Shown: positions 46,323-59,529, numbered from the stretch's first letter. The stretch: DNA of 64,000 nucleotides from Escherichia coli (GCF_002854065.1 NZ_CP024147.1), one strand, 5' to 3'. Numbers and translations: made by a program. The notes: generated by a model from the letters alone, not told the origin.

Positions 46323-48782
46323 TTAATGACAGGGTAAAATCAGGCGCTTAGTCACATCTTCCAGATGTTCCGGCAGATGAATGGCACACGTTTTCTGGTC
46401 GCCCCAGTGCACGGTAAATTGTTGATTTTCATCGACCCCACTCAGCCATGCGTGACCGTTTTCGCCAACCATCCCGACGCTGACACCGCCTTCAGCCTGG
46501 CGAACATCGGCACCGAGCGGCGGGAAATGCCCGTTAGCATCGCTGATAATGACGTTGAGATCTTTCCCGGCGCGGGACGCCAGCGATTTAAAGCCGATGG
46601 CGCCTTCGGTCCAGGTTTCTTTCACCACGTTTTCGGAAACGGTAACGCCGTCAGGCAAGTCGTTCATATTGACCGCCACCGTCGTAGGCTGGTAGCTGGA
46701 AACAAACGGTACCACGGCAATACCAAAGCGGTTGGTGTAGTCAATATTGCCCTGAATCGGAATATCGCCCACGCCGTCGGTGCTGACCATCAGGCGTGGT
46801 TCATTGGTGGAACTGCGGCGATGGAATGCCGCGCCATGTTGAGTCGCGGTAAACGAGCCGCTCCAACTGGCACTGGCGGAAGTGTAATCATTGGCGGCAT
46901 AGGTTCCGGTCAAATCCCATTCCCCCGCCGAACTGAGGTGTTGGTAATTGCCGCTGACCTGCGCACCGTTATCCGGGCGATCGGATTGTATTCCAGCCGA
47001 CATTCCCCAACTGTTTCGTTCATCCAGGGTATCGTTCCACGACATGCGGTGGGTGGTAGTATTACTGTTGTTCTGCATGTCATAACCCAGTCGACCACTT
47101 TCCCCAATCGGTAAGGAGATCGAAAAGTAAATCTGGTTGTCGCGATCTTTATCTTCATAATGGGTGGTGTTGAACGAGGTCGAGACAGAAATATCTTTCC
47201 AGTCGCCAATGTCGACGTTAAAACCGGCGGTAATGTTGGCCGTGGTGGAGGTATCCGCATTCCACCAGCTCTGATGCAGGATGTTGGCGTAGAGATTAAG
47301 ATTCAGCGGAGTAATAGGCTGACCGAAGGAGAGGCTGATGGTTTGCTTTTCATCCTGCGCGTCGGCGTCATTGTATTTGTGATCAATGTAGTTAGCGTAG
47401 CTGTGAAAATGGCGATCGGAGAAGCGATAGGCTGCCAATGAGATGGTGCTGTTGGTCGCATCAACCTGTTTGCTGTAGTTAAAGCGGTAGCTGTAACCCT
47501 GCTCATCCTGTTGAGTATCAAAATGGCTGTCGGCCCAGGTCACGTCAAACGACAGCGCCCCCAGCCAGAGCATATTTTGCCCAATACCCAGCGCGCCGGA
47601 ACGATAGTCATCGCCTGCGAGAAGCATGCCGCCATATAGTGAAGTGTTGGAGAGCATCCCCCAGGAGACTTCATGGCTAATGAAGGTTTCATCCTCGGTG
47701 TGGTGCGACATAGAGGAACGCGGGCGACCGGCAGCCAGTTTATAGCGCACCTGGCCCTGACGCGTCAGGAACGGGGTAGAGGCCGCTGAAACCTGGAAGT
47801 TATTCACCCGTCCATCTTCTTCGCTCACTTTGACATCCAGTGTACCTTGCACTGACTGATTCAGGTCATCAATAATAAATGGGCCTGGCGGAACTTTTTT
47901 CTGGTAAATCACGCGACCAGAATGGCTTATCGTGACCGTGGCGTTAGTCTGTGCGATGCCGCTGATTTGCGGCGCGTAGCCGCGTAACTCCCAGGGGAGC
48001 ATTCGATCGTCGCTGGCTAACGCCGCACCGGTATAGGAGAAACCATCAAAAATGTTAGAGCTAAAATCGGTTTCGCCCAGGGTTAATCGGGAACCTATTT
48101 GCGGTAACGGGCGGAACAGGTAGGTCCGTGAAATCGCCCCGGATTGTTCACGGTTGTCGCCGCTATCGGACTGGCTAAGCTGATAATCGCTGCGCAGACG
48201 CCATGCCCCGGCGTTGAGGCCCGTGGTGCCATAGGCGTTCAGGTTGTTGCTGCTGCTGCCGCTTTGTGGGCGATAAGTGCTGGCAAACAGGTTGTAATCC
48301 ATCAGGAAGCCAGGAATACCGTTATTCCACGTTGAGGGTGGCGTCCAGTTTTCTGAATGCCACGCCAGCCATGCCTGCGGGATTGTAATATTGAGCTGTT
48401 GATTTGCCTGATCGAAAGTAAAGATGATTTCAGGGAAGACACTAAAATCGACACATTCTTTTATTGCAGGTAATTTTTTACGAAAGTCAGATTTAAGTCC
48501 GAAGAGTTCGATCAGCGATTCATTGATACAAGGAATAATTTTATCGCCAGATTTTTGCCAGCGAATTTGTTGCCCATTACTGATTTTATTATTATTAACC
48601 GTAACACTAACAAAGTAATCGCCGGGAGCTACGACGCCTTTTTGATTGAGCAACGAAATATCAACGCTATCCCGAATCGACTTATCGAGAACGTTAAGGT
48701 TAAATTCAGCTGTCAGCGCAGGAGGGGTTACCATTGCCAGACAGGAAAGAACAGAGAGTCGATAAATATTCACGGCATCCAT
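46323..48782 (-). CDS. ybgQ: fimbrial outer-membrane usher YbgQ
   Basis: 819-aa usher-family ORF. Confidence 0.85.
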   Translation of the reverse strand: MDAVNIYRLSVLSCLAMVTPPALTAEFNLNVLDKSIRDSVDISLLNQKGVVAPGDYFVSVTVNNNKISNGQQIRWQKSGDKIIPCINESLIELFGLKSDFRKKLPAIKECVDFSVFPEIIFTFDQANQQLNITIPQAWLAWHSENWTPPSTWNNGIPGFLMDYNLFASTYRPQSGSSSNNLNAYGTTGLNAGAWRLRSDYQLSQSDSGDNREQSGAISRTYLFRPLPQIGSRLTLGETDFSSNIFDGFSYTGAALASDDRMLPWELRGYAPQISGIAQTNATVTISHSGRVIYQKKVPPGPFIIDDLNQSVQGTLDVKVSEEDGRVNNFQVSAASTPFLTRQGQVRYKLAAGRPRSSMSHHTEDETFISHEVSWGMLSNTSLYGGMLLAGDDYRSGALGIGQNMLWLGALSFDVTWADSHFDTQQDEQGYSYRFNYSKQVDATNSTISLAAYRFSDRHFHSYANYIDHKYNDADAQDEKQTISLSFGQPITPLNLNLYANILHQSWWNADTSTTANITAGFNVDIGDWKDISVSTSFNTTHYEDKDRDNQIYFSISLPIGESGRLGYDMQNNSNTTTHRMSWNDTLDERNSWGMSAGIQSDRPDNGAQVSGNYQHLSSAGEWDLTGTYAANDYTSASASWSGSFTATQHGAAFHRRSSTNEPRLMVSTDGVGDIPIQGNIDYTNRFGIAVVPFVSSYQPTTVAVNMNDLPDGVTVSENVVKETWTEGAIGFKSLASRAGKDLNVIISDANGHFPPLGADVRQAEGGVSVGMVGENGHAWLSGVDENQQFTVHWGDQKTCAIHLPEHLEDVTKRLILPCH

Positions 48783-48831
48783 ACCTGAACAATATTCGCA
48801 AAAGGCGGCTAATCAGCCGCCTTAAAAAGGA

Positions 48832-49398
48832 TTATTGGTAATCCAGAACGTAAGTTGCGTTAGCAGTAACGGCCCCCGCGGTAACCGAAACTGCGTTATC
48901 CATCTGTTCCATCCAGGCAAAGAAGTTTAACGTTTGTTCTGTTGAACTTGCCAATAAGTCAATTGTTGGCGCTTCTGTTCCCAATACAACAAATGATTCA
49001 TCTTTGTTCATGAGACGTACGCCAACGCCGGTAGCCTCGCCAGCACTGATGTTACTAAGGAGCGGCGTTGCACCTGTCGTTTTAGCTGTGCTGTCGAAGG
49101 TCACGCCTACCTTTGAGACCACGCCACCGTTGCCATCATCCCAGCCTGCAATATCACAGTTGATTAAGCGAATATTGACAGGTTTTTTCTCGCTATGATG
49201 TTCTCGATTTATGTGGGATGTGGTTACTTCACCCAGGTCAATGTTCATATCAAGGTCATCAGGGTGAATTTCACAAGGTGCTTCAATAACTTCACCTTTA
49301 AAGTGGATTTCACCAGATCCTTCATCTGCAGCAAAAACAGGTGAAGCGAATAGTAGAGATATGGCCAGGGCGGCCAGTGTTTTTTGTCCTTTAAACAT
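48832..49398 (-). CDS. ybgD: fimbrial major subunit YbgD
   Basis: 188-aa product MFKGQKTLAALAISLLFASPVFA... (signal peptide, fimbrillin C-terminus). Confidence 0.85.
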   Translation of the reverse strand: MFKGQKTLAALAISLLFASPVFAADEGSGEIHFKGEVIEAPCEIHPDDLDMNIDLGEVTTSHINREHHSEKKPVNIRLINCDIAGWDDGNGGVVSKVGVTFDSTAKTTGATPLLSNISAGEATGVGVRLMNKDESFVVLGTEAPTIDLLASSTEQTLNFFAWMEQMDNAVSVTAGAVTANATYVLDYQ

Positions 49399-49725
49399 AC
49401 ATGAATCCTTCATGGGCTATGATAAAGTATACTAATTATTCCGACAGAATAGTGGTTTTTTGTTCATGTAATAATATTAATGTTGCTACATTATGTTTGA
49501 GAGTTTCTCAAAGCTCTCGAATCATAAATAAAGTGAATTAATCCTATTACGAGTTTATTTAATTGTGGGTGCTACCCAATGTATTCTACATCGATTGGCG
49601 GGATAACGGTGGTGGTGAATGAAAAATTAGGATTTTATTTAGTTATCGGATATGTATTCTTGTAACGTGTAATTATGTATTTGTGTCCGATTACGTTTTT
49701 TTGTCGATAGACATAACTAACGAAC

Positions 49726-49757
49726 AAAAAAAAGCCCGCCAGATATTCAGGCGGGCT
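49726..49757 (-). terminator. gltA intrinsic terminator
   Basis: Reverse strand: agcccgcc-loop-ggcgggct followed by T8. Confidence 0.8.
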
Positions 49758-49784
49758 AAACGATATATGGTTCAAATCAGATAA

Positions 49785-51068
49785 TTAATGTTTAACATCT
49801 GATTTAAAGTCTCGTTTTTCATAGCCGGTGTACAACTGGCGCGGACGGGCGATCTTCATGCCGTCACTGTGCATTTCGCTCCAGTGAGCGATCCAGCCAA
49901 CGGTACGGGCCATAGCGAAGATGACGGTGAACATGGAAGACGGAATACCCATCGCTTTCAGGATGATACCAGAGTAGAAATCGACGTTCGGGTACAGTTT
50001 CTTCTCGATAAAGTACGGGTCGTTCAGCGCGATGTTTTCCAGCTCCATAGCCACTTCCAGCAGGTCATCTTTGGTGCCCAGCTCTTTCAGAACTTCATGG
50101 CAGGTTTCACGCATTACGGTGGCGCGCGGGTCGTAATTTTTGTACACGCGGTGACCGAAGCCCATCAGGCGGAAAGAATCATTTTTATCTTTCGCACGAC
50201 GAACAAATTCCGGAATGTGTTTAACGGAGCTAATTTCTTCCAGCATTTTCAGCGCCGCTTCGTTAGCACCACCGTGCGCAGGTCCCCACAGTGAAGCAAT
50301 ACCTGCTGCGATACAGGCAAACGGGTTCGCACCCGAAGAGCCAGCGGTACGCACGGTGGAGGTAGAGGCGTTCTGTTCATGGTCAGCGTGCAGGATCAGA
50401 ATACGGTCCATAGCACGTTCCAGAATCGGATTAACTTCATACGGTTCGCACGGCGTGGAGAACATCATATTCAGGAAGTTACCGGCATAGGAGAGATCGT
50501 TGCGCGGATAAACAAATGGCTGACCAATGGAATACTTGTAACACATCGCTGCCATGGTCGGCATTTTCGACAGCAGGCGGAACGCGGCAATTTCACGATG
50601 ACGAGGATTGTTAACATCCAGCGAGTCGTGATAGAACGCCGCCAGCGCGCCGGTAATACCACACATGACTGCCATTGGATGTGAGTCGCGACGGAAAGCG
50701 TGGAACAGACGGGTAATCTGCTCGTGGATCATGGTATGACGGGTCACCGTAGTTTTAAATTCGTCATACTGTTCCTGAGTCGGTTTTTCACCATTCAGCA
50801 GGATGTAACAAACTTCCAGGTAGTTAGAATCGGTCGCCAGCTGATCGATCGGGAAACCGCGGTGCAGCAAAATACCTTCATCACCATCAATAAAAGTAAT
50901 TTTAGATTCGCAGGATGCGGTTGAAGTGAAGCCAGGGTCAAAGGTGAACACACCTTTTGAACCGAGAGTACGGATATCAATAACATCTTGACCCAGCGTG
51001 CCTTTCAGCACATCCAGTTCAACAGCTGTGTCCCCGTTGAGGGTGAGTTTTGCTTTTGTATCAGCCAT
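49785..51068 (-). CDS. gltA: citrate synthase
   Basis: 427-aa [36 protein letters not shown]... Confidence 0.96.
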   Translation of the reverse strand: MADTKAKLTLNGDTAVELDVLKGTLGQDVIDIRTLGSKGVFTFDPGFTSTASCESKITFIDGDEGILLHRGFPIDQLATDSNYLEVCYILLNGEKPTQEQYDEFKTTVTRHTMIHEQITRLFHAFRRDSHPMAVMCGITGALAAFYHDSLDVNNPRHREIAAFRLLSKMPTMAAMCYKYSIGQPFVYPRNDLSYAGNFLNMMFSTPCEPYEVNPILERAMDRILILHADHEQNASTSTVRTAGSSGANPFACIAAGIASLWGPAHGGANEAALKMLEEISSVKHIPEFVRRAKDKNDSFRLMGFGHRVYKNYDPRATVMRETCHEVLKELGTKDDLLEVAMELENIALNDPYFIEKKLYPNVDFYSGIILKAMGIPSSMFTVIFAMARTVGWIAHWSEMHSDGMKIARPRQLYTGYEKRDFKSDVKH

Positions 51069-51776
51069 TTAAGGTCTCCTTAGCGCCTTATTGCGTAAGA
51101 CTGCCGGAACTTAAATTTGCCTTCGCACATCAACCTGGCTTTACCCGTTTGTTATTTGGCTCGCCGCTCTGTGAAAGAGGGGAAAACCTGGGTACAGAGC
51201 TCTGGGCGCTTGCAGGTAAAGGATCCATTGATGACGAATAAATGGCGAATCAAGTACTTAGCAATCCGAATTATTAAACTTGTCTACCACTAATAACTGT
51301 CCCGAATGAATTGGTCAATACTTCCACACTGTTACATAAGTTAATCTTAGGTGAAATACCGACTTCATAACTTTTACGCATTATATGCTTTTCCTGGTAA
51401 TGTTTGTAACAACTTTGTTGAATGATTGTCAAATTAGATGATTAAAAATTAAATAAATGTTGTTATCGTGACCTGGATCACTGTTCAGGATAAAACCCGA
51501 CAAACTATATGTAGGTTAATTGTAATGATTTTGTGAACAGCCTATACTGCCGCCAGGTCTCCGGAACACCCTGCAATCCCGAGCCACCCAGCGTTGTAAC
51601 GTGTCGTTTTCGCATCTGGAAGCAGTGTTTTGCATGACGCGCAGTTATAGAAAGGACGCTGTCTGACCCGCAAGCAGACCGGAGGAAGGAAATCCCGACG
51701 TCTCCAGGTAACAGAAAGTTAACCTCTGTGCCCGTAGTCCCCAGGGAATAATAAGAACAGCATGTGGGCGTTATTC
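51069..51776. promoter_or_regulatory. gltA-sdhC divergent promoter/control region
   Basis: 708-bp AT-rich intergenic region between divergent gltA and sdhC; established as an ArcA/CRP/Fnr-controlled region; individual sites not mapped here. Confidence 0.5.
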
Positions 51777-52166
51777 ATGATAAGAAATGTGAAAAAACAA
51801 AGACCTGTTAATCTGGACCTACAGACCATCCGGTTCCCCATCACGGCGATAGCGTCCATTCTCCATCGCGTTTCCGGTGTGATCACCTTTGTTGCAGTGG
51901 GTATCCTGCTGTGGCTTCTGGGTACCAGCCTCTCTTCCCCTGAAGGTTTCGAGCAAGCTTCCGCGATTATGGGCAGCTTCTTCGTCAAATTTATCATGTG
52001 GGGCATCCTTACCGCTCTGGCGTATCACGTCGTCGTAGGTATTCGCCACATGATGATGGATTTTGGCTATCTGGAAGAAACATTCGAAGCGGGTAAACGC
52101 TCCGCCAAAATCTCCTTTGTTATTACTGTCGTGCTTTCACTTCTCGCAGGAGTCCTCGTATGGTAA
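51777..52166 (+). CDS. sdhC: succinate dehydrogenase cytochrome b556 subunit
   Basis: 129-aa product [21 protein letters not shown]... Confidence 0.93.
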
Positions 52167-52507
52167 GCAACGCCTCCGCATTAGGACGCAATGGCGTACA
52201 TGATTTCATCCTCGTTCGCGCTACCGCTATCGTCCTGACGCTCTACATCATTTATATGGTCGGTTTTTTCGCCACCAGTGGCGAGCTGACATATGAAGTC
52301 TGGATCGGTTTCTTCGCCTCTGCGTTCACCAAAGTGTTCACCCTGCTGGCGCTGTTTTCTATCTTGATCCATGCCTGGATCGGCATGTGGCAGGTGTTGA
52401 CCGACTACGTTAAACCGCTGGCTTTGCGCCTGATGCTGCAACTGGTGATTGTCGTTGCACTGGTGGTTTACGTGATTTATGGATTCGTTGTGGTGTGGGG
52501 TGTGTGA
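52160..52507 (+). CDS. sdhD: succinate dehydrogenase membrane anchor subunit
   Basis: 115-aa hydrophobic ORF. Confidence 0.93.
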
Positions 52508-54273
52508 TGAAATTGCCAGTCAGAGAATTTGATGCAGTTGTGATTGGTGCCGGCGGCGCAGGTATGCGCGCGGCGCTGCAAATTTCCCAGAGCGGCCAGA
52601 CCTGTGCGCTGCTCTCTAAAGTCTTCCCGACCCGTTCCCATACCGTTTCTGCGCAAGGCGGCATTACCGTTGCGCTGGGTAATACCCATGAAGATAACTG
52701 GGAATGGCATATGTACGACACCGTGAAAGGGTCGGACTATATCGGTGACCAGGACGCGATTGAATATATGTGTAAAACCGGGCCGGAAGCGATTCTGGAA
52801 CTCGAACACATGGGCCTGCCGTTCTCGCGTCTCGATGATGGTCGTATCTATCAACGTCCGTTTGGCGGTCAGTCGAAAAACTTCGGCGGCGAGCAGGCGG
52901 CACGCACTGCGGCAGCGGCTGACCGTACCGGTCACGCACTGTTGCACACGCTTTATCAGCAGAACCTGAAAAACCACACCACCATTTTCTCCGAGTGGTA
53001 TGCGCTGGATCTGGTGAAAAACCAGGATGGCGCGGTGGTGGGTTGTACCGCACTGTGCATCGAAACCGGTGAAGTGGTTTATTTTAAAGCCCGCGCTACC
53101 GTGCTGGCGACTGGCGGAGCAGGGCGTATTTATCAGTCTACCACTAACGCCCACATTAACACCGGCGACGGCGTCGGCATGGCTATCCGCGCAGGCGTAC
53201 CGGTGCAGGATATGGAAATGTGGCAATTCCACCCGACCGGCATTGCCGGTGCGGGCGTACTGGTCACCGAAGGTTGCCGTGGTGAAGGCGGTTATCTGCT
53301 GAACAAACATGGCGAACGCTTTATGGAGCGTTATGCGCCGAACGCCAAAGACCTGGCGGGCCGTGATGTGGTGGCGCGTTCAATCATGATTGAAATCCGT
53401 GAAGGTCGCGGCTGTGATGGTCCGTGGGGGCCACACGCGAAACTGAAACTCGATCACCTGGGTAAAGAAGTTCTCGAATCCCGTCTGCCGGGTATCCTGG
53501 AGCTTTCCCGTACCTTCGCTCACGTTGATCCGGTGAAAGAGCCGATTCCGGTTATCCCAACCTGTCACTACATGATGGGCGGTATTCCGACCAAAGTTAC
53601 CGGTCAGGCGCTGACTGTGAATGAGAAAGGCGAAGATGTGGTTGTTCCGGGGCTGTTCGCGGTAGGTGAAATCGCCTGCGTATCGGTACACGGTGCTAAC
53701 CGTCTGGGCGGCAACTCGCTGCTGGACCTGGTGGTCTTTGGTCGCGCAGCGGGTCTGCATCTGCAAGAGTCTATCGCCGAGCAGGGCGCATTGCGCGATG
53801 CCAGCGAGTCTGATGTTGAAGCATCTCTGGATCGTCTGAACCGCTGGAACAATAATCGTAACGGTGAAGATCCGGTGGCGATTCGTAAAGCGCTGCAAGA
53901 ATGTATGCAGCATAACTTCTCGGTCTTCCGTGAAGGTGATGCGATGGCGAAAGGGCTTGAGCAGTTGAAAGTTATCCGCGAGCGTCTGAAAAATGCCCGT
54001 CTGGATGACACTTCCAGCGAGTTCAACACCCAGCGCGTTGAGTGCCTGGAACTGGATAACCTGATGGAAACGGCGTATGCAACGGCTGTTTCTGCCAACT
54101 TCCGTACCGAAAGCCGTGGCGCACATAGCCGCTTCGACTTCCCGGATCGCGATGATGAAAACTGGCTGTGCCACTCCCTGTATCTGCCAGAGTCGGAATC
54201 CATGACGCGCCGAAGCGTCAACATGGAACCGAAACTGCGCCCGGCATTCCCGCCGAAGATTCGTACTTACTAA
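52507..54273 (+). CDS. sdhA: succinate dehydrogenase flavoprotein subunit
   Basis: 588-aa product [23 protein letters not shown] (FAD Rossmann motif); ATG overlaps the sdhD stop. Confidence 0.96.
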   Translation: MKLPVREFDAVVIGAGGAGMRAALQISQSGQTCALLSKVFPTRSHTVSAQGGITVALGNTHEDNWEWHMYDTVKGSDYIGDQDAIEYMCKTGPEAILELEHMGLPFSRLDDGRIYQRPFGGQSKNFGGEQAARTAAAADRTGHALLHTLYQQNLKNHTTIFSEWYALDLVKNQDGAVVGCTALCIETGEVVYFKARATVLATGGAGRIYQSTTNAHINTGDGVGMAIRAGVPVQDMEMWQFHPTGIAGAGVLVTEGCRGEGGYLLNKHGERFMERYAPNAKDLAGRDVVARSIMIEIREGRGCDGPWGPHAKLKLDHLGKEVLESRLPGILELSRTFAHVDPVKEPIPVIPTCHYMMGGIPTKVTGQALTVNEKGEDVVVPGLFAVGEIACVSVHGANRLGGNSLLDLVVFGRAAGLHLQESIAEQGALRDASESDVEASLDRLNRWNNNRNGEDPVAIRKALQECMQHNFSVFREGDAMAKGLEQLKVIRERLKNARLDDTSSEFNTQRVECLELDNLMETAYATAVSANFRTESRGAHSRFDFPDRDDENWLCHSLYLPESESMTRRSVNMEPKLRPAFPPKIRTY

Positions 54274-54288
54274 TGCGGAGACAGGAAA

Positions 54289-55005
54289 ATGAGACTCGAG
54301 TTTTCAATTTATCGTTATAACCCGGATGTTGATGATGCTCCGCGTATGCAGGATTACACCCTGGAAGCGGATGAAGGTCGCGACATGATGCTGCTGGATG
54401 CGCTTATCCAGCTGAAAGAGAAAGATCCCAGCCTGTCGTTCCGTCGCTCCTGTCGTGAAGGTGTGTGCGGTTCCGACGGTCTGAACATGAACGGCAAGAA
54501 TGGTCTGGCCTGTATTACCCCGATTTCGGCACTCAACCAGCCGGGCAAGAAGATTGTGATTCGCCCTCTGCCAGGTTTACCGGTGATCCGCGATTTGGTG
54601 GTAGACATGGGACAATTCTATGCGCAATATGAGAAAATTAAGCCTTACCTGTTGAATAATGAACAAAATCCGCCAGCTCGCGAGCATTTACAGATGCCAG
54701 AGCAGCGCGAAAAACTCGACGGGCTGTATGAATGTATTCTCTGCGCATGTTGTTCAACCTCTTGTCCGTCTTTCTGGTGGAATCCCGATAAGTTTATCGG
54801 CCCGGCAGGCTTGTTAGCGGCATATCGTTTCCTGATCGATAGCCGTGATACCGAGACTGACAGCCGCCTCGACGGTTTGAGCGATGCATTCAGTGTATTC
54901 CGCTGTCACAGCATCATGAACTGCGTCAGTGTATGTCCGAAGGGGCTGAACCCGACGCGCGCCATCGGTCATATCAAGTCGATGTTGTTGCAACGTAATG
55001 CGTAA
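54289..55005 (+). CDS. sdhB: succinate dehydrogenase iron-sulfur subunit
   Basis: 238-aa ORF with 2Fe-2S and 4Fe-4S cysteine clusters (CxxxxCGSDG, CILCACCSTSCP). Confidence 0.96.
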   Translation: MRLEFSIYRYNPDVDDAPRMQDYTLEADEGRDMMLLDALIQLKEKDPSLSFRRSCREGVCGSDGLNMNGKNGLACITPISALNQPGKKIVIRPLPGLPVIRDLVVDMGQFYAQYEKIKPYLLNNEQNPPAREHLQMPEQREKLDGLYECILCACCSTSCPSFWWNPDKFIGPAGLLAAYRFLIDSRDTETDSRLDGLSDAFSVFRCHSIMNCVSVCPKGLNPTRAIGHIKSMLLQRNA

Positions 55006-55008
55006 ACC

Positions 55009-55126
55009 GTAGGCCTGATAAGACGCGCAAGCGTCGCATCAGGCAACCAGTGCCGGATGCGGCGTGAACGCCTTATCCGGCCTACAAGTCATTACCCGTA
55101 GGCCTGATAAGCGCAGCGCATCAGGC
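55009..55126. repeat. REP/BIME cluster between sdhB and sucA
   Basis: Three REP units read directly. Confidence 0.8.
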
Positions 55127-55305
55127 GTAACAAAGAAATGCAGGAAATCTTTAAAAACTGCCCCTGACACTAAGACAGTTTTTAAAGGTTCCTTCGCGAG
55201 CCACTACGTAGACAAGAGCTCGCAAGTGAACCCCGGCACGCACATCACTGTGCGTGGTAGTATCCACGGCGAAGTAAGCATAAAAAAGATGCTTAAGGGA
55301 TCACG

Positions 55306-58107
55306 ATGCAGAACAGCGCTTTGAAAGCCTGGTTGGACTCTTCTTACCTCTCTGGCGCAAACCAGAGCTGGATAGAACAGCTCTATGAAGACTTCTTAAC
55401 CGATCCTGACTCGGTTGACGCTAACTGGCGTTCGACGTTCCAGCAGTTACCTGGTACGGGAGTCAAACCGGATCAATTCCACTCTCAAACGCGTGAATAT
55501 TTCCGCCGCCTGGCGAAAGACGCTTCACGTTACTCTTCAACGATCTCCGACCCTGACACCAATGTGAAGCAGGTTAAAGTCCTGCAGCTCATTAACGCAT
55601 ACCGCTTCCGTGGTCACCAGCATGCGAATCTCGATCCGCTGGGACTGTGGCAGCAAGATAAAGTGGCCGATCTGGATCCGTCTTTCCACGATCTGACCGA
55701 AGCAGACTTCCAGGAGACCTTCAACGTCGGTTCATTTGCCAGCGGCAAAGAAACCATGAAACTCGGCGAACTGCTGGAAGCCCTCAAGCAAACCTACTGC
55801 GGCCCGATTGGTGCCGAGTATATGCACATTACCAGCACCGAAGAAAAACGCTGGATCCAACAGCGTATCGAGTCTGGTCGCGCGACTTTCAATAGCGAAG
55901 AGAAAAAACGCTTCTTAAGCGAACTGACCGCCGCTGAAGGTCTTGAACGTTACCTCGGCGCAAAATTCCCTGGCGCGAAACGCTTCTCGCTGGAAGGCGG
56001 TGACGCGTTAATCCCGATGCTTAAAGAGATGATCCGCCATGCCGGCAACAGCGGCACCCGGGAAGTGGTTCTCGGGATGGCGCACCGTGGTCGTCTGAAC
56101 GTGCTGGTGAACGTGCTGGGTAAAAAACCGCAAGACTTGTTCGACGAGTTTGCCGGTAAACATAAAGAACACCTCGGCACGGGTGACGTGAAATACCACA
56201 TGGGCTTCTCGTCTGACTTCCAGACCGATGGCGGCCTGGTGCACCTGGCGCTGGCGTTTAACCCGTCTCACCTTGAGATTGTAAGCCCGGTAGTTATCGG
56301 CTCTGTTCGTGCCCGTCTGGACAGACTTGATGAGCCGAGCAGCAACAAAGTGCTGCCAATCACCATCCACGGTGACGCCGCAGTGACCGGGCAGGGCGTG
56401 GTTCAGGAAACCCTGAACATGTCGAAAGCGCGTGGTTATGAAGTTGGCGGTACGGTACGTATCGTTATCAACAACCAGGTTGGTTTCACCACCTCTAATC
56501 CGCTGGATGCCCGTTCTACACCGTACTGTACTGATATCGGTAAGATGGTTCAGGCACCGATTTTCCACGTTAACGCGGATGATCCGGAAGCCGTTGCCTT
56601 TGTGACCCGTCTGGCGCTCGATTTCCGTAACACCTTTAAACGTGATGTCTTCATCGACCTGGTGTGCTACCGCCGTCACGGCCACAACGAAGCCGACGAG
56701 CCGAGCGCAACCCAGCCGCTGATGTATCAGAAAATCAAAAAACATCCGACGCCGCGCAAAATCTATGCTGACAAGCTGGAGCAGGAAAAAGTGGCGACGC
56801 TGGAAGATGCCACCGAGATGGTTAACCTGTACCGCGATGCGCTGGATGCTGGCGATTGCGTAGTGGCAGAGTGGCGTCCGATGAACATGCACTCTTTCAC
56901 CTGGTCGCCGTACCTCAACCACGAATGGGACGAAGAGTACCCGAATAAAGTTGAGATGAAGCGCCTGCAGGAGCTGGCGAAACGCATCAGCACGGTGCCG
57001 GAAGCGGTTGAAATGCAGTCTCGCGTTGCCAAAATTTATGGCGATCGCCAGGCGATGGCTGCCGGTGAGAAACTGTTCGACTGGGGCGGCGCGGAAAACC
57101 TCGCTTACGCCACGCTGGTTGACGAAGGCATTCCGGTTCGCCTGTCGGGTGAAGACTCCGGTCGCGGTACCTTCTTCCACCGCCACGCGGTGATCCACAA
57201 CCAGTCTAACGGTTCCACTTACACGCCGCTGCAACACATCCATAACGGGCAGGGCGCGTTCCGCGTCTGGGACTCCGTACTGTCTGAAGAAGCCGTGCTG
57301 GCGTTTGAATACGGTTATGCCACCGCAGAACCACGCACTCTGACCATCTGGGAAGCGCAGTTCGGTGACTTCGCCAACGGTGCGCAGGTGGTTATCGACC
57401 AGTTCATCTCCTCTGGCGAACAGAAATGGGGCCGGATGTGTGGTCTGGTGATGTTGCTGCCGCACGGTTACGAAGGGCAGGGGCCGGAGCACTCCTCCGC
57501 GCGTCTGGAACGTTATCTGCAACTTTGTGCTGAGCAAAACATGCAGGTGTGCGTACCGTCTACCCCGGCACAGGTTTACCACATGCTGCGTCGTCAGGCG
57601 CTGCGCGGGATGCGTCGTCCGCTGGTCGTGATGTCGCCGAAATCCCTGCTGCGTCATCCGCTGGCGGTTTCCAGCCTCGAAGAACTGGCGAACGGCACCT
57701 TCCTGCCAGCCATCGGTGAAATCGACGAGCTTGATCCGAAGGGCGTGAAGCGCGTAGTGATGTGTTCTGGTAAGGTTTATTACGACCTGCTGGAACAACG
57801 TCGTAAGAACAATCAACACGATGTCGCCATTGTGCGTATCGAGCAACTCTACCCGTTCCCGCATAAAGCGATGCAGGAAGTGTTGCAGCAGTTTGCTCAC
57901 GTCAAGGATTTTGTCTGGTGCCAGGAAGAGCCGCTCAACCAGGGCGCATGGTACTGCAGCCAGCATCATTTCCGTGAAGTGATTCCGTTTGGGGCTTCTC
58001 TGCGTTATGCAGGCCGCCCGGCCTCCGCCTCTCCGGCGGTAGGGTATATGTCCGTTCACCAGAAACAGCAACAAGATCTGGTTAATGACGCGCTGAACGT
58101 CGAATAA
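55306..58107 (+). CDS. sucA: 2-oxoglutarate dehydrogenase E1 component
   Basis: 933-aa [33 protein letters not shown]... Confidence 0.96.
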   Translation: MQNSALKAWLDSSYLSGANQSWIEQLYEDFLTDPDSVDANWRSTFQQLPGTGVKPDQFHSQTREYFRRLAKDASRYSSTISDPDTNVKQVKVLQLINAYRFRGHQHANLDPLGLWQQDKVADLDPSFHDLTEADFQETFNVGSFASGKETMKLGELLEALKQTYCGPIGAEYMHITSTEEKRWIQQRIESGRATFNSEEKKRFLSELTAAEGLERYLGAKFPGAKRFSLEGGDALIPMLKEMIRHAGNSGTREVVLGMAHRGRLNVLVNVLGKKPQDLFDEFAGKHKEHLGTGDVKYHMGFSSDFQTDGGLVHLALAFNPSHLEIVSPVVIGSVRARLDRLDEPSSNKVLPITIHGDAAVTGQGVVQETLNMSKARGYEVGGTVRIVINNQVGFTTSNPLDARSTPYCTDIGKMVQAPIFHVNADDPEAVAFVTRLALDFRNTFKRDVFIDLVCYRRHGHNEADEPSATQPLMYQKIKKHPTPRKIYADKLEQEKVATLEDATEMVNLYRDALDAGDCVVAEWRPMNMHSFTWSPYLNHEWDEEYPNKVEMKRLQELAKRISTVPEAVEMQSRVAKIYGDRQAMAAGEKLFDWGGAENLAYATLVDEGIPVRLSGEDSGRGTFFHRHAVIHNQSNGSTYTPLQHIHNGQGAFRVWDSVLSEEAVLAFEYGYATAEPRTLTIWEAQFGDFANGAQVVIDQFISSGEQKWGRMCGLVMLLPHGYEGQGPEHSSARLERYLQLCAEQNMQVCVPSTPAQVYHMLRRQALRGMRRPLVVMSPKSLLRHPLAVSSLEELANGTFLPAIGEIDELDPKGVKRVVMCSGKVYYDLLEQRRKNNQHDVAIVRIEQLYPFPHKAMQEVLQQFAHVKDFVWCQEEPLNQGAWYCSQHHFREVIPFGASLRYAGRPASASPAVGYMSVHQKQQQDLVNDALNVE

Positions 58108-58121
58108 ATAAAGGATACACA

Positions 58122-59339
58122 ATGAGTAGCGTAGATATTCTGGTCCCTGACCTGCCTGAATCCGTAGCCGATGCCACCGTCGCAACCTGGCATAAAAAAC
58201 CCGGCGACGCAGTCGTACGTGATGAAGTGCTGGTAGAAATCGAAACTGACAAAGTGGTACTGGAAGTACCGGCATCAGCAGACGGCATTCTGGATGCGGT
58301 TCTGGAAGATGAAGGTACAACGGTAACGTCTCGTCAGATCCTTGGTCGCCTGCGTGAAGGCAACAGCGCCGGTAAAGAAACCAGCGCCAAATCTGAAGAG
58401 AAAGCGTCCACTCCGGCGCAACGCCAGCAGGCGTCTCTGGAAGAGCAAAACAACGATGCGTTAAGCCCGGCGATCCGTCGCCTGCTGGCTGAACACAACC
58501 TCGACGCCAGCGCCATTAAAGGCACCGGTGTGGGTGGTCGTCTGACTCGTGAAGATGTGGAAAAACATCTGGCGAAAGCCCCGGCGAAAGAGTCTGCTCC
58601 GGCAGCGACTGCTTCGGCAGCGCAACCGGCTCTGGCTGCACGTAGTGAAAAACGTGTCCCGATGACTCGCCTGCGTAAGCGTGTGGCAGAGCGTCTGCTG
58701 GAAGCGAAAAACTCCACCGCCATGCTGACCACGTTCAACGAAGTCAACATGAAGCCGATTATGGATCTGCGTAAGCAGTACGGTGAAGCGTTTGAAAAAC
58801 GCCACGGCATCCGTCTGGGCTTTATGTCCTTCTACGTGAAAGCGGTGGTTGAAGCCCTGAAACGTTACCCGGAAGTGAATGCTTCTATCGACGGCGATGA
58901 CGTGGTTTACCACAACTATTTCGACGTCAGCATGGCGGTTTCTACGCCGCGCGGCCTGGTGACGCCGGTTCTGCGTGATGTCGATACCCTCGGCATGGCA
59001 GACATCGAGAAGAAAATCAAAGAGCTGGCAGTCAAAGGCCGTGATGGCAAGCTGACGGTTGAAGATCTGACCGGTGGTAACTTCACCATCACCAACGGTG
59101 GTGTGTTCGGTTCCCTGATGTCTACGCCGATCATCAACCCGCCGCAGAGCGCAATTCTGGGTATGCACGCTATCAAAGATCGTCCGATGGCGGTGAATGG
59201 TCAGGTTGAGATCCTGCCGATGATGTACCTGGCGCTGTCCTACGATCACCGTCTGATCGATGGTCGCGAATCCGTGGGCTTCCTGGTAACGATCAAAGAG
59301 TTGCTGGAAGATCCGACGCGTCTGCTGCTGGACGTGTAG
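58122..59339 (+). CDS. sucB: dihydrolipoyllysine succinyltransferase (E2)
   Basis: 405-aa ORF with lipoyl domain ([11 protein letters not shown]) and catalytic DHRLIDG motif. Confidence 0.96.
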   Translation: MSSVDILVPDLPESVADATVATWHKKPGDAVVRDEVLVEIETDKVVLEVPASADGILDAVLEDEGTTVTSRQILGRLREGNSAGKETSAKSEEKASTPAQRQQASLEEQNNDALSPAIRRLLAEHNLDASAIKGTGVGGRLTREDVEKHLAKAPAKESAPAATASAAQPALAARSEKRVPMTRLRKRVAERLLEAKNSTAMLTTFNEVNMKPIMDLRKQYGEAFEKRHGIRLGFMSFYVKAVVEALKRYPEVNASIDGDDVVYHNYFDVSMAVSTPRGLVTPVLRDVDTLGMADIEKKIKELAVKGRDGKLTVEDLTGGNFTITNGGVFGSLMSTPIINPPQSAILGMHAIKDRPMAVNGQVEILPMMYLALSYDHRLIDGRESVGFLVTIKELLEDPTRLLLDV

Positions 59340-59360
59340 TAGTTTAAGTTTCACCTGCAC

Positions 59361-59529
59361 TGTAGACCGGATAAGACATTATCGCCTTCTCCGGCAATTG
59401 AAGCCTGATGCGACGCTGAACGCGTCTTATCAGGCCTACGGGAAGCACCGATGTAGGTCGGATAAGGCGCTCGCGCCGCATCCGACAAGCGATGCCAGAT
59501 GCGACGCTTGCGCGTCTTATCAGGCCTAC
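59361..59529. repeat. REP/BIME cluster between sucB and sucC
   Basis: Three to four REP units read directly. Confidence 0.8.

Noticed and set aside
56008-58320. 770-aa reverse-strand ORF inside sucA, and similar long antisense ORFs in sucB (58461-59360), sdhA (53380-54174), pgm (14579-15616), nagE (5176-6102), glnS (7684-8250), kdpB (24928-25803), sucD (60790-61521) and chiP (10180-10959)
   Set aside because: Each lies entirely antisense to a confidently identified conserved gene; the translations are low-complexity and Arg/His-rich with no recognisable domains. Long antisense frames are expected in GC-rich, codon-biased genes.
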